Shown here: in pieces, positions 24,275 through 36,131 of the stretch
Numbering within the stretch: the stretch's first letter is position 1
How the letters are laid out: each line of letters opens with the position of its first letter
Assembly (NCBI RefSeq): GCF_006345805.1
Contig: NC_043012.1
Span: forward strand, 56,296,001 to 56,360,000
Origin: Octopus sinensis
Lineage: Eukaryota
Direction: 5' to 3'
DNA: 64,000 nucleotides
Translations under genes and position numbers: made by a program
The notes under the pieces: model-generated
What the model saw: the letters and a program-made list of their open reading frames with translations, nothing else
Databases searched by the model: none
Told to the model about the DNA's origin: nothing

Positions 24275-24950
24275 TCATCATCATCATTTAGCGTCCGCTT
24301 TCCATGCTAGCATGGGTTGGACGGTTCAACTGGGGTCTGGGAAGCCAGAAGGCTGCACCAGGCCCAGTCTGATCTGGCAATGTTTCTACGGCTGGATGCC
24401 CTTCCTGATGCCAACCACTCTGTGAGTATAGTGGGTGCTTTTTACGTGCCACTAGCACGGGGGCCAGGCGAGGCTGGCAGCGGCCACGATCAGATGGTGC
24501 TTTTTATGTGCCACTGGCACGGATGCCCGCCGGAGCGGCGCTGGCAATGGTGACGTTCGGATGGTTTGCTTACGTGTCACCGGCACTGGTATCACAGCTA
24601 TAATTTCCATTGATGTTGATAGATTTCGATTTTGATTCTGATTCTCACTTGCCTCAACAGGTCTTCACAAGTAGAGTTTTGTGTCCCAAGAAGGAAAGGT
24701 TGCATAAGTGGACTGGCTACATCCCAGGTAGAGGCCATGGGTTATGGTCTCACTTGTCCTGCCGGGTCTTCTCACGCACAGCATACTTCCATAGGTCTCA
24801 GTCTCTAGTCATTTCCTCGGTGAGACCTAAAGTTTGAAGGTCATGCTCCACCACCTCGTCCCAGGTTTTCCTGGGTCTACCTCTTCTACAGGATCCCTCA
24901 ACCGCTAGGGTGTGGCACTTTTTCACACAACTATCTTCATCAATTCTCGT
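24275..24950 (-). mobile_element. RTE-clade LINE 3' end (ORF C-terminus plus 3'UTR)
   Basis: Minus frame KKCHTLAVEGSCRRGRPRKTWDEVVEHDLQTLGLTEEMTRD*DLWKYAVREK, the RTE G.R.RGRP..W...V..DL signature. (TGA)n tail. Confidence 0.9.
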
Positions 24951-25620
24951 CATATATATATATATACACACACACATGCAACAGGCTTCTTTCAGTTTCT
25001 ATGAATCAAATCTTCTCACAAGGCTTTGGTCAGTCTGAGGTTATAGTAGAAGACACTTGCCCAAGCAAACTTCATATCATACAGCCAGTGCTTGTCTGTC
25101 TACCTATCTATTTATCTATCTATCTATTTGAATAGACAGACACATACAGTCTCACATATACATACACATATAATCTTAGCAATATGTTCCAATTTAGAAC
25201 ACTGTGTATAGAAACTCCCACACTAAGATAGGTAATTTGTAATTGTCAAACTTCTTGTGTCTTGTCACTTGTCACTTGTTAAGTAAGCATCTGCAAATTA
25301 TAAATTGGATGAAAGTAGTTGACTTGTCATTAAACAATATCTGGAGATTTTCTATTTAATATCATTTACAATATATTGAATAAGTACATTATTTCAGATT
25401 TATATATTTTCAATAAGGTAAACCATTAGTAGTCATAGTTACTATATTAGTTTCTTAATCTACATGGAGTATGTATGTAAACATACATATATATTGTTAT
25501 ATTTTAGGATGGTCATTTTTTTTTCTTTTCTTTTCTTTTTTTTTTTTTTGCAAATGAACACACATACTATATATTTGTTCTCCACTTCAGAATTATTTTA
25601 TTATTGCTCTTATTTTATGT

Positions 25621-26030
25621 AGGCGCAGGAGTAGCTTGCTTCCCAACCACATGGTTCTGGGTTCAGTCCCACTGCATGGCCTTGGGCAAGTGTCGTCTGC
25701 TATAGCCTCGGGCCGACCAAAGCCTTGTCAGTGGATTTGGTAGACGGAAACTGAAAGAAGCCTGTCGTATATATGTGTGTGTGTGTGTTTGTCCCTCCAA
25801 CATCGCTTGACAACCAATGCTGGTGTGTTTACATTCTCGTAACTTAGCGGTTTGGTAAAAGAGACTGATAGAATAAGTACTAGGCTTATTTGTTTCAAAA
25901 CATGATTTCACCTCAGGAATCTTACAAAACAAATAAATAAACCTAATATATATATATCTGACTAAAGGCAGTGCTCCAGCATAGCCATAGTCAAATGACT
26001 GAAACAAGTAAAAGAATAAAAGAAAGAATA
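25621..26030 (+). mobile_element. SINE family A
   Basis: Head aggcgcaggagtagcttgc, with body and tail present. Confidence 0.9.
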
Positions 26031-26076
26031 AGAATATATATATTCTTAAACAAGAATATAATGACTGAATTTTTGA

Positions 26077-26282
26077 CCAGCTAAGCCATCGTTGGTTTTA
26101 TATAGTTTCTGTTGAGTTAAAATCTTTCTTGGGTTTGTGTGTTTGTTTCTCCAAAACAATTCTCCATCACAACTCACCCTACAGTCCAATTTCTGCTTCA
26201 CACAAACCCAGATAGCCAAGAAAGATCTCAATGTATTAGAGACTAGATTAACTTCAATGTAGTCCAACAATGGCTTAGCTGG
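26077..26282. repeat. 19-bp inverted repeat pair (MITE-like)
   Basis: ccagctaagccatcgttgg (26077-26095) and ccaacaatggcttagctgg (26264-26282) are complementary at 18/19 positions. Confidence 0.5.
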
Positions 26283-26594
26283 GTGAAACTTTTAAGTCAC
26301 TGTCAATATTAATCTTTTTTTTAAGAAGAGTAAATTTATTCTCAACAAATTAATGTAAAATTTATACTCAACAGATAAATGCAAAATTGTTTTTATCATA
26401 ACTGAACATAAAAAACAATCATTAAAATGCGTGTCAGTGTGTGTCTGTGTGTGTGCTCAGTTGAAATATAATTGGGAGATGGGACTACCTTGAGTAGTGG
26501 TTCTCAAACAGAAAAGTTCTGGACTAATTGCAAACCCTTCATTTTTAATGAGAAGACAAAATGAAGTTTGCATCCATATGATTCTTCTTTCTCC

Positions 26595-26910
26595 ACTGTG
26601 GTGTTCATCTGGGCAAGTATTTTCTTCTAAAGCTCCAGGGCTAACCAATGCCTTGTGAATAAATTTGGCAGACAGAAAGTGTGCGTGTGTGTGTGTGCCT
26701 TTGACACCCACCACCACCAATTGACAGCCAGTGTTGGTTTGTTTATGTCTCTGTAATTTAGCAGCTTAGCAAAAAAGACTAATAAAATATATACCAGATT
26801 TAAAAAATAGGTATTGAGTCAATTTGTTTGATTAAAACTCTTCAAGGTCAATTGGTGCCCAAGCATAACCACAGTCCAAAGACTGAAGAATAAGTATGAC
26901 TGAAATATAA
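26595..26910 (+). mobile_element. SINE family A, 5'-truncated and decayed
   Basis: ccaatgccttgtgaataaatttggcagacagaaa...ggtgcccaagcataaccacagtcc. Confidence 0.75.
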
Positions 26911-27048
26911 GATGAAAGATGTCAATTTGTTTTCTGCCTTTTTAATCCTCACAGGCCTCTCCAGAGGGATAGCCCATTCCCCCACATCTGTGAAAAACAC
27001 TGGGTTAGCAGGCGAAAGATCAGATCAATATCTGCAATATGTTGTATA

Positions 27049-27887
27049 CAAGGTGTTCAGCCTAAACTTGCATTTTTTATCTGCACTTCTTTTTTTTAGG
27101 AACAGCTTGATGTATTGATGAACAGTCAATGACATTGGAAAGCAGAAAGACTGAAAAAACGTCAGCTGACATGGGGGACTGGTATCCTTCTGAACATTGG
27201 AAAAGAGTTACTTGCATCATTATGATTTGCACTAGGTATCAAAATGCTGACATTATGACTGCTGCTCAATGCTCTGTGAACAGTGTAAAGGCTGTAAGAC
27301 GTGACATAGACATCATGAAAACCAAGTTCCCCCAAATTGTAATGATTTTTTGGTGTGGCTCCAGTGAGGGTGATGTTATGCCACCGCGCATCTTTGAATA
27401 GGGCCTTAGGCTCAATTCAAGCAATTATGTGAAGCTGCTGAAGACTTGTGGTCTAATCCTGGCTAAAGAAGGTTGCTGCTGGAAGGCCATATGCGTGGCA
27501 GCAGGATTCAGCTCCTTGCCATACCCCCAGAAAGAGTCAGAAGTGGTTATCAGAGAATTCTAGTTTCCTAATTCCCTCAATTGTAATCCCAAAGATGACA
27601 ATGTGTTCAGTGTGGTTGAGGACACCAACTGCTCTGCCTGCAGCACCAAGGCCAAGCTGATGGCCAAGATCAAAATGTTCAAAGATCTTCCAGGGTCACA
27701 GTAAGAACTGTATGCACAAGGTTCTGGAACCATCTTGAAGCTGAGAGGTGGCTACTTTGGGTAAACTGTTATCTCCCAGCCATAATCTAGTCGATATTTT
27801 GTGATTTAAAATACTTTTGTTTTTGGATGGAAAATTGTGTTTTCTTTTCCTTTTATACAAACTGCCAAATTTAACATTAATACCCTG
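27049..27887 (+). mobile_element. Internally deleted Tc1/mariner-superfamily element, maT (DD37D)-like
   Basis: TA-flanked decayed TIRs (CAAGGTGTTCAGCCTAAACTTG...CAAATTTAACATTAATACCCTG). N-terminal HTH joined directly to KTKFPQIVM..GSSEGDVMPP.IFE*GLRLN...GRPYAWQQDSAPCHT..KSQKWLSEN...CNP.D. Confidence 0.8.
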
Positions 27888-28271
27888 TAGTTAGCAATAT
27901 TATGATATGGTCAAGTGGTTAAGAAATTCAATTGTAAACTCACATAACATATTGAGCAAGTGTCTTCTGGTACAGTTTCAGGATGATGACACAATATGAT
28001 AAACTGAAATAAATCAGAGGTGGGAATGTCACGTGGGCTTGCCTTAGGGTGTCTTTTGTAGAATCCCACAGTCATGAGCATTCAGACCAAGACTTGAATA
28101 TAAGGATAATCCATTACATTAGTTGTGATCTTTATCCAAATTTCTTCCAGTGATATTTAGAAGTTTTGCAAAAAAGGTTAAAGGTGCTGCTTTGTTTCAT
28201 ATGATTGAACCATAAAATAAAATTTTAAAAATATACATAGACACACAGAATATGAAAATGTGGTCTTATAG

Positions 28272-28725
28272 ATGCAGGCATGACTATGTAATTAAAAAGA
28301 GGTTGCTTCCCAACTCACCTGGCTTCAGATTCAGTCCCCACTGCATTGCACCTTGGACAAATACCTTCTACTATAGCCCCAGGCCAACCAAAGCCTTGTG
28401 AGGAGATCTGGTAGATGGAAACTGAACCAAATCCACTTTGTGTGTGTGGATGGATAGATAGATATACATACGTATGTAATGTATAAGTGTGAGTGTGCAT
28501 GTGTGCTTGTGTATGTGTGTGTGTGAGAGAGAGAGAGAGAGAGTCTCATTGTCTTGACATTGTGTGATTTGGTGTAAACAAGTGTCACCACCATACAGGT
28601 GGTGTCTTTTGTTTCCAATCTTCCATGGAAAAATATCCAACTGAAGAAAAATCTGCCTCAATTCTGCCAGATCCATGTAAGCATGGAAAAGTGAACATTA
28701 AAATGATGATGATGACAATGATGAT
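28272..28725 (+). mobile_element. SINE with a family-A head but an RTE-type 3' tail
   Basis: Head as family A up to the (TG)n centre, then gtcttgacat...ccagatccatgtaagcatggaaaagtgaacattaaaatgatgatgatg, matching the RTE tail at 24275. Confidence 0.7.
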
Positions 28726-29084
28726 GTGAGCAAAGTTCAAATTAACAAGTTAACATGCTAAACTTTTTCAAGTTTCACATCTGATTTTTTTAGTTCAATA
28801 AAACAAATTGGAAATACAAACTTGTGAGATTTTTAAAAAAACAAACGTAACACATCATTAAATGAAATAAAATAAACAGCATTTTGTTAGAATATCAACT
28901 GGATATTTTTATTCATCTGATATTTCAACTATTATAAAATTATACAAAAATATTTTAATACCAAAAACAAACAAAAATGCAGCTTAAATAAAAAAAAAAA
29001 ATTAAAATCAAAAACAGAACAGTAATCGTAAGTTACATCTTCAACAATGATTTACAATTTCTATCACTGTGTAGACAACTAAGT

Positions 29085-29324
29085 TAATATATATATATAT
29101 ATATATATATACTCCTTTGTTTCTGGATAAAAAAATATAACAATTTCCCTTAAGCAGATGAATATTTTACACACATTTTACTATAATATATATATATATA
29201 TACACACACTCACATATAGCTACCATGTATGAGTATATGTGTATTATCTTTGTGTACATGAATACACACATATATATACTTATATACATACTCATATACA
29301 CATTCATACATACATACATACATA

Positions 29325-29391
<67 letters not shown>

Positions 29392-29610
29392 ACACGCATA
29401 TATACATATTTATATTTATATATATACACACACACATATATACATATATATATATATATACATACATATATACATACACACATATATACAGCTATGTACA
29501 TGTGTGTGTGTGTGTGTGTGTATAAGACAAACGTACATATATACAGATATAAATATATAAACGTGGGTGTGTGTGTATGTGTGTATGTAGCATGTCTTTA
29601 AAATCATACA
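29085..29610. repeat. Compound (TA)n/(CA)n/(TACA)n microsatellite
   Basis: Directly visible. It is the source of many spurious ORFs in the ORF track. Confidence 0.95.
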
Positions 29611-29934
29611 CATCTATCTACAAATATGATCGATATATTTTCAATAGACAATACAATAGACACTACGACAACAATAGATAACTCTAATCAAGCAATTAGT
29701 GAACTTTTAACAGAGTTGTGTGATCACTGAAAGCAATCGATAGTTATACATAAACGAATTTGGCGCTGATTGTCTTGTGGGTGACACATTAACATAGAAC
29801 ATCTATTAACACTGTGAGATTTCCACAATGAATCTTGTCATATCTTTTCACCCGATATAGAAGACACCAATAAAATAGGTTATCTAGCTAGGGTGTTTTA
29901 CATACACACACACACACACAGCTGAGGGAGAGGA

Positions 29935-30302
29935 GACTGGGGGAGAGGGATCCTGTTCGTGCTGGAAATAGCAGCCAAATCTCTCTCGAATGAAACCCTG
30001 CATTCTTAAGTAAAGGAAAGGACACACTGGATATTGTAGTGTTACATAACCTGAAAAATAGGATCATAGGCTTGTTCCATCAGGGTTGACAATAACAATA
30101 ACGACAACAACAACGAGCAGGGTGGAATCGAGCTTCTTTCTACGTAGTTGTTCGATCTGCTGGGGAGTCTCTATACGGTCGCTAGCAACCAAATCTCCTT
30201 CGAATCACAAACACTACACCACCACCACCACCGCCACCCCAAAGAAAAGTGGACTCATTGGATATAATAGTCCTACCTTGTTAAATAATAATAATAATAA
30301 TG

Positions 30303-30340
<38 letters not shown>

Positions 30341-30400
30341 CGCTATGATTAAGATGTCTTTACATCATAGGTCTGCTCGATCAAGGTTGACCAAGGGCTA
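29935..30400 (+). mobile_element. Old dispersed repeat (working label family D) fragments with (AAT)n
   Basis: ctggaaatagcagccaaatctc...aaggacacactggata...gatcatagg motif recurs at ~19000, 36900-37250, 41420-41610(-), 43740-43940(-), 46060-46175, 48720-49160 and 54735. Confidence 0.6.
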
Positions 30401-31049
30401 AATAACAACAAATTGCTTGATGTTGTAACAAGCAGATCCCCCCTCACCCTCTCCCCCAAATCACCTTCAACAAATTTCCCTGCCGTCTTTCAAAGGAGGA
30501 AATGGGGTGTGCTTGAAATTTTGAACAATTGCACGCCCGCCCCCGCAATAAAAGACATTATTTCAATAACATCTATCTGATTAGTAAAATGCCCAAATTT
30601 TCCCGTTCAAACAAACTGCGTGCAACAGCAGCAGCAGCAGCAGATTAAACAACATCAATTAATGATCAATCGACCACCAATTAAGAGAGATTAATCACAA
30701 ATAATTAATCCATTTTGCAGAAAGTTGATGAAAAGCAGAAGGGTTGCGGTTTTTTTTATTTATATTTTTTTTTCCGATACTTTTTAGTTTTAAGCCATTT
30801 CTATCATAATTATTCGCACGACAACAGAGTAATTAATAATAGATAACCACAATAACAATGAGATGTTGGCGACTAGCTTACTCTTTGACAATATTTCATT
30901 AACAACATAAATATTTTTTCTTAAATAAGCATTCCAGAAATATACATGATTTATATATATATACTACAAATATGTAAAAACAAATTTCAATTTTCCCTTT
31001 GAATTATCTAAAAAAAATTATAGAAATATAAATATATAATAATATATAT

Positions 31050-31881
31050 ATATGTATACATAATTCGCAATGAGAGACAATATTCACAAAAAATTCGCAA
31101 TAAGAATTGTTGTAACAATGTAGAGTGTCAGTTTAATAATTATATCACATGCACACACACACACACAAACACGTGTATGTGTAATCACATACGCATGCAA
31201 AAGAACATTTATATATATACACACAGACACAAACATGTGTGTGTGAATGCATGTATGTGTATGCATGTATGTATGTACGTATGTATGTATGTATATACCT
31301 GCATACATTAGTATTTAAATATATGCAAACAAGTGTACATATATATGTACGTGTGTGTGTGTATACATACATACATGCATGCGTACACATGCACGAGCGC
31401 ACATATGCATGAAATCATCATACAAATACACGCACGCGCATGCATGCATACATAATATATACACGCCCACATATCAGTAAGACGTTACGCTGAAAAGTGC
31501 GCGTGCATATGAAAGTGACGCGTGCGCGACTCGTGTGAACGAACGCACAGACGCGTGCGGTGCGCGTGCCTATGTGTGTGGCATGGTTGGTTTGTAGGTA
31601 TGTATGTGCGCGTGTGTGCGCGCGCGATATATCAAAAAGCGGCTGACACTCTACAGCGCTCAAAACTACTTTCATCTAGTGTTAATTGTTTATGACAAGC
31701 ACCAATATTAAACCGAGGAATAGCGATTATTATTCAGTGAATTTCGAATGGTCCATCGAGTATAAAAATATATATATACATGTCTATATAAACATTGGTA
31801 ATAAAAACAATAATAAAACTAACACTTCATACATACATACATACATACATACATACATACATACATACATACATACATACA
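31050..31881. repeat. Alternating purine-pyrimidine tracts and (CATA)n
   Basis: CA/TG/CG alternation at 31140-31630, including gcgcgtgc...gacgcgtgcgcg. Perfect (CATA)n at ~31829-31881. Confidence 0.9.
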
Positions 31882-32510
31882 TAGATGTTGGTTTAACAAA
31901 ATCGAATTTTTAAAAACTTTATAATGCACATATTAAGATAAATATATACAAAAAAAAAAAAAAGATTTCACGTTAATTACTAACATAGTTTCTAAAAATA
32001 AGAAACGAATAATTTTTTTTTTCCTCAATTTTCATATAAATTTTTCCGTGTACAAAAATATATTGTTTAAACTTAGAATTGTTGGGTTTGGGGGATGCGC
32101 ATTTTTTTTTTTTTTTCAATTAAAAAAAGAATGTTCTTCAATTTTTCTTCTCTCAACTACTCCCATATATATATATATATAATCACACACACACATATAT
32201 TCATACATACACATACATATATGACAACAGTTGAAGAAAGAGACACTACAACAAAAAGAATGTTGTTTCCACAATGATATGTTAATGAAGGACAGGCAGT
32301 ATCACTATTTATACAAAGATATTTTCACTATACTGTAACAATGCTAATAGTTATGAAGTATGTAGCATTTACAAATGTGTACGGCAAAACAAAATCAAAG
32401 ATCAACATTTCAATACTTCCAAAACACTTTTTTTCTTCTGTCTTTTACACTAGTTGCTCAATACAAGATTCCTAGTCAAAAAAAAATTCTTTTAAAAAAG
32501 GCCGAAGAAA

Positions 32511-33631
32511 CTATAAAGACTCATGAAGGTTACACTGGATATATCGACTTTTTCTATTTTTAAGAAATCGCAAAACAATCCAAAGAGAACCGAATACTAC
32601 GATGATGACAAGTGCCGCCGAAAAGCCAACAACTAAACGTATCAACAGTTCGAATTTAGTCTTTTTATTAACGCTCAGCGCTACCGATACTATTTTAGTA
32701 TGCTGTCCTACAGTCACCACACATCTATATATACCCTTGTGTTCCCTGCGGACATTTTTGATCACCAGAGAATGATTGGATGTGACGAAAATGTCCTTGC
32801 GAAAGTCTCCAGCGTAAAGATCCTCGGTTACTTTCTTCTCCATTTCTTCTCCCCCGGGTATAGTCCAGTAGATTTCTGGGTTGACGGTCAGGTTTGATGT
32901 GTCCACCTCACAGTCGTAGGTCAGTGTGTTGCCGATTTCTGACGCGTCTCTATTCGGAGGTTTCTTCACAAAATAGATATTAGTCGGTGCCATGTCGTCG
33001 TAGAACTGATCGAGTCCGATTTCCGATGTATTATCAAATGTTAGCACGGTAACAGTAGCACTCGCCACTAAGGTAGTCGCCGCCGATTCCTCTATCACAC
33101 TCTGGATCTTTTGTCTGGTTATATTTCTTGTATTAGTAGTTGGTCGTCTGCTTTTGCTGAGATTAGTTTCGAAATGCATTTTTTTGTTTCGTTAGGTATC
33201 GATTTGAAAGTATTGTTTTTGGCAACTCTTTTCTCTTCTCTAACTTGTCTGTATCTGCGTACTCCTCTTCGCGGTTGATGTAAATATAACATTTGTGGGC
33301 TTTCAACAGTTAGTTTGTGTGGTTTTTCGATGCTTATGTTGTTGCTTCTCTCATTTTCGGAAATTAGTTCTTGTCTCGTTTTGCCAATATTGTTGATAAA
33401 CTCTGTTTTAGTTGTCACTGATTCTGTTTGAGTTGTCACTTTCGCACAAGGTGAATCCATACAGTCAATTAAACTGCTCGATTTATGGTGAGAAGGAGGA
33501 GGTGAAGTGCGAACAAACATGTTCTCTTCATGGGGATTACTGTTCGTTCCATAAACATCGACAACCAGTAGTAACAAGTGTGCAATGCTGAGCAACACGA
33601 GAGAGCAAAATATGTTGACGCTTCTTTCCAT
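32511..33631 (-). CDS. Type-I single-pass membrane protein with one I-set immunoglobulin domain (~373 aa if joined); one frameshift at 33179-33185
   Basis: ATG in aaaaccATGG context, and a signal peptide (IFCSLVLLSIAHLLLLVVDVYG). Ig core TLTYDC-x14-W...SLVIKNVRREHKGIYRC...VALSV with the Cys pair 63 residues apart. TM LVVGFSAALVIIVVFGSLWIVL followed by KNRK. ORFs 33119-33631 and 32511-33179 fuse if the A7 run has 8 A. Confidence 0.85.
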
Positions 33632-33648
33632 GGTTTTCCGGTGAGATA

Positions 33649-33676
33649 CTGACAGATGAACAGGAAAAGGTGTTAG
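33649..33676 (-). promoter_or_regulatory. Splice acceptor with branch point, 17 nt upstream of the Ig-gene ATG
   Basis: Minus strand reads cCTAACaccttttcctgttcatctgtcAG|TATCTCACCGGAAAACCATG. This implies an upstream, probably 5'UTR, intron. Confidence 0.7.
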
Positions 33677-34816
33677 GAAAGTTTTGAAATAATCTTCAGC
33701 AGTAATCCACGCATTCTTACATCTTATGTCACTGATGCCAACTACAATATAAGTTCACCTGCGCAGCGATAATACCATAGCAACCAGGTTCTCATTGGTT
33801 GCATTAGCCGGACTCTCCTTCTATGTTAATACAAGTCTGTTGCTGTCGATGACATGCAAGCAGGTAAATTCACGATTATTGCATTAGCTACTGTGACCTT
33901 TCCAATATATTTGCCAGACTATAAATAAATAATTGCAATACCAAACTATTCACCGCTTCAGTCAGACAACAAACAAATAAATAAACAGATTCTTCGAAAT
34001 CATTTTTTCTTTCTCTCTCCAAAATCTTTAAATGGCGGTTTCTTTAAATATAACGTCTGCAACTAAGAAAGAAAAGGAGAGAATCTTTTTCTAAGTGGAG
34101 TTCACTTAATATAAGATTCAGTGCATTGTATGCTGGAATTTTCAAATTAAAGATATTTGCATCTTTACAGTCCTTTCCCAAAATGCTAGTCCGTCAGTAA
34201 ACGAAAAACACATTTCTAATAAAAACACAGTTATTGGAAACTTGCTAAGAGCTGCCGCTTCGGCCGACGAAGATCGCAACCTGAAGCTATCCAATAACGC
34301 GGCAATTTTTTTTTTTTTTTTGCCTCTCCAAGATGACGTAGGAAAATGCTGAAAAAATATCCAACTATATTGTCATACGTACCAAACGTATAGAAAGTAA
34401 ATCTAAATCTGTTCCAAATCCTCGTTTTATTGGTTATTTTGCTAATTCAGTCTCATCAATAAAATTATTTCAAATGTTAAGGAAATCAAACTTCCAAATA
34501 AAAAAAAAAATTAAAAAAGTACTGTAAATCCGCGGACTTGTTGCAAAGTAAATGATGATTTCTATACGGAAAAATTTCTGCAGAGAAAATACCATCAAAG
34601 GAAGATTCTGACATGATAGGCATATTCCATCAAATATTTTGAATGTTGTGACATTTAGTTGAAGATATCGATCTTCTCCCTCTATCTGAAAACTTTCCAG
34701 CTTACAAAACTATTTATGAAGAAGATAAAAAGAATAATCAATAGCGAGTTTGAATGAAAATATCAGAGTTCTTCCTCGTCTGGAAAATGCTTTCGGTGCG
34801 ATATAGTTGTTATACA

Positions 34817-34863
<47 letters not shown>

Positions 34864-35142
34864 TGTGTGTGTAAAATGTATTACTTCGTTTCCCCCTCCC
34901 CATACAAGTTATTCAATCGATCGAATACTATAAATATTTAATCTCATTTATAACTGTGTTAACAACCTACGGAACGATGATATCATCAAACATTTATGGA
35001 CACTGTCCTTTAACTACACGGACTGACTTACGTTGAAATAACGAGCGAGCGAAGAAACCTCTAAATCTGAGGACGAGGGCCCTCTCGACCACACTCAAAA
35101 TTTGAGTCTGATTATCAACGAAGTCTCCAAAACCAGTCTTTC

Positions 35143-35694
35143 ATCTTTTACTTGTTTCAGTCATTAGACTGTGGCCATGCTGGAGCACCGCCTTAACGTA
35201 CTTATAGTCGAATTAATCGACCCCCAGTACTTTTTTAAAGCTTAGTACATATTCTATCGGTATATTTTGCTGAACGCTAAGTTACGAGGACGTAAACACA
35301 CCAACGCTGGTTGTCAAGCGGTGGTGGAGGACATAGACACAAAGACACACACACACGTGTGTGTGTGTGACGGGCTTCTTTCAGTTTCCGTCTACCAAAT
35401 CCACTCACAAGGTTTTGGTAGGTCCGAGGATAAAGTAGAAGACACGCAAGGTGCCATGCAGTGGGGACTGAACCAGGAACTATATGATTGGGGAGCAAGG
35501 TTCTTATTTCTTTATTGGCCACAAGGGGCTAAACATAGAGGGGACAAACAAGGACAGACAAGGAGATTAAGTCGATTACATTGACCCCAGTGCGTAACAG
35601 GTACTTAATTTATCGACCCCGAAAGGATGAAAGGCAAAGTCGACCTCGGCGGAATTTGAACTAAAGCTTCTTACCACACAGCCACGCCTGCGCC
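35143..35694 (-). mobile_element. SINE family A interrupted by a nested SINE B
   Basis: Family-A homology stops at ~35500 and resumes at 35663 (aagcttcttaccacacagccacgcctgcgcc). Confidence 0.9.
35501..35662 (-). mobile_element. SINE family B (5'-truncated, tail B1), nested in SINE A
   Basis: Near-consensus core cccgaaaggatgaaaggcaaagtcgacctcggcggaatttgaact. Confidence 0.9.
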
Positions 35695-36034
35695 TATATG
35701 TATAAAATAAATAAATAGATAAATAAATAAAAAGTGGTCTAAGCCTTTAAAACTAAAACATTTTTGTATTTCGGGACGGTCATTTTTTTTTTCATGTCAG
35801 ACGAACACGCACTACGTAATCGTTCTTCACTCGTTTATTATTGTTATTTTATCTTATGTCCACTCTCTGGAAATCATTCGTCGCACATCTGTGACCTCTT
35901 CAGCCACTCTTCCATCCCCATCCGTCTCCTCCTGGTCTGTTTAGTCCATTCTCATAAACATAACTAAAAAAACAATAATTGAATAGAAGTTGTATAGCCA
36001 GGAATTTGTCAAATTAGATTCATTATTTTCTCAC

Positions 36035-36131
36035 CACATATGCGCTCCCATACTGTTCCTTACACACATGCAGTTCGCCTCTGATAGTAACAAGCTTTTC
36101 AACCCTTGCTGTACATACATAGTCACTTGAC
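36035..36131 (-). other. Candidate 97-nt exon upstream of the Ig gene
   Basis: Acceptor ctatttctaacAG and donor ATGTG|GTGAGA in unique sequence. Confidence 0.35.

Noticed and set aside
29167-29613. Stack of 60-110-aa ORFs on both strands (also at 20436, 31084-31675, 44935 and 50098)
   Set aside because: They are translations of (TA)n/(CA)n/(GA)n microsatellites (YIYI, HTHT, CVCV, ERER).
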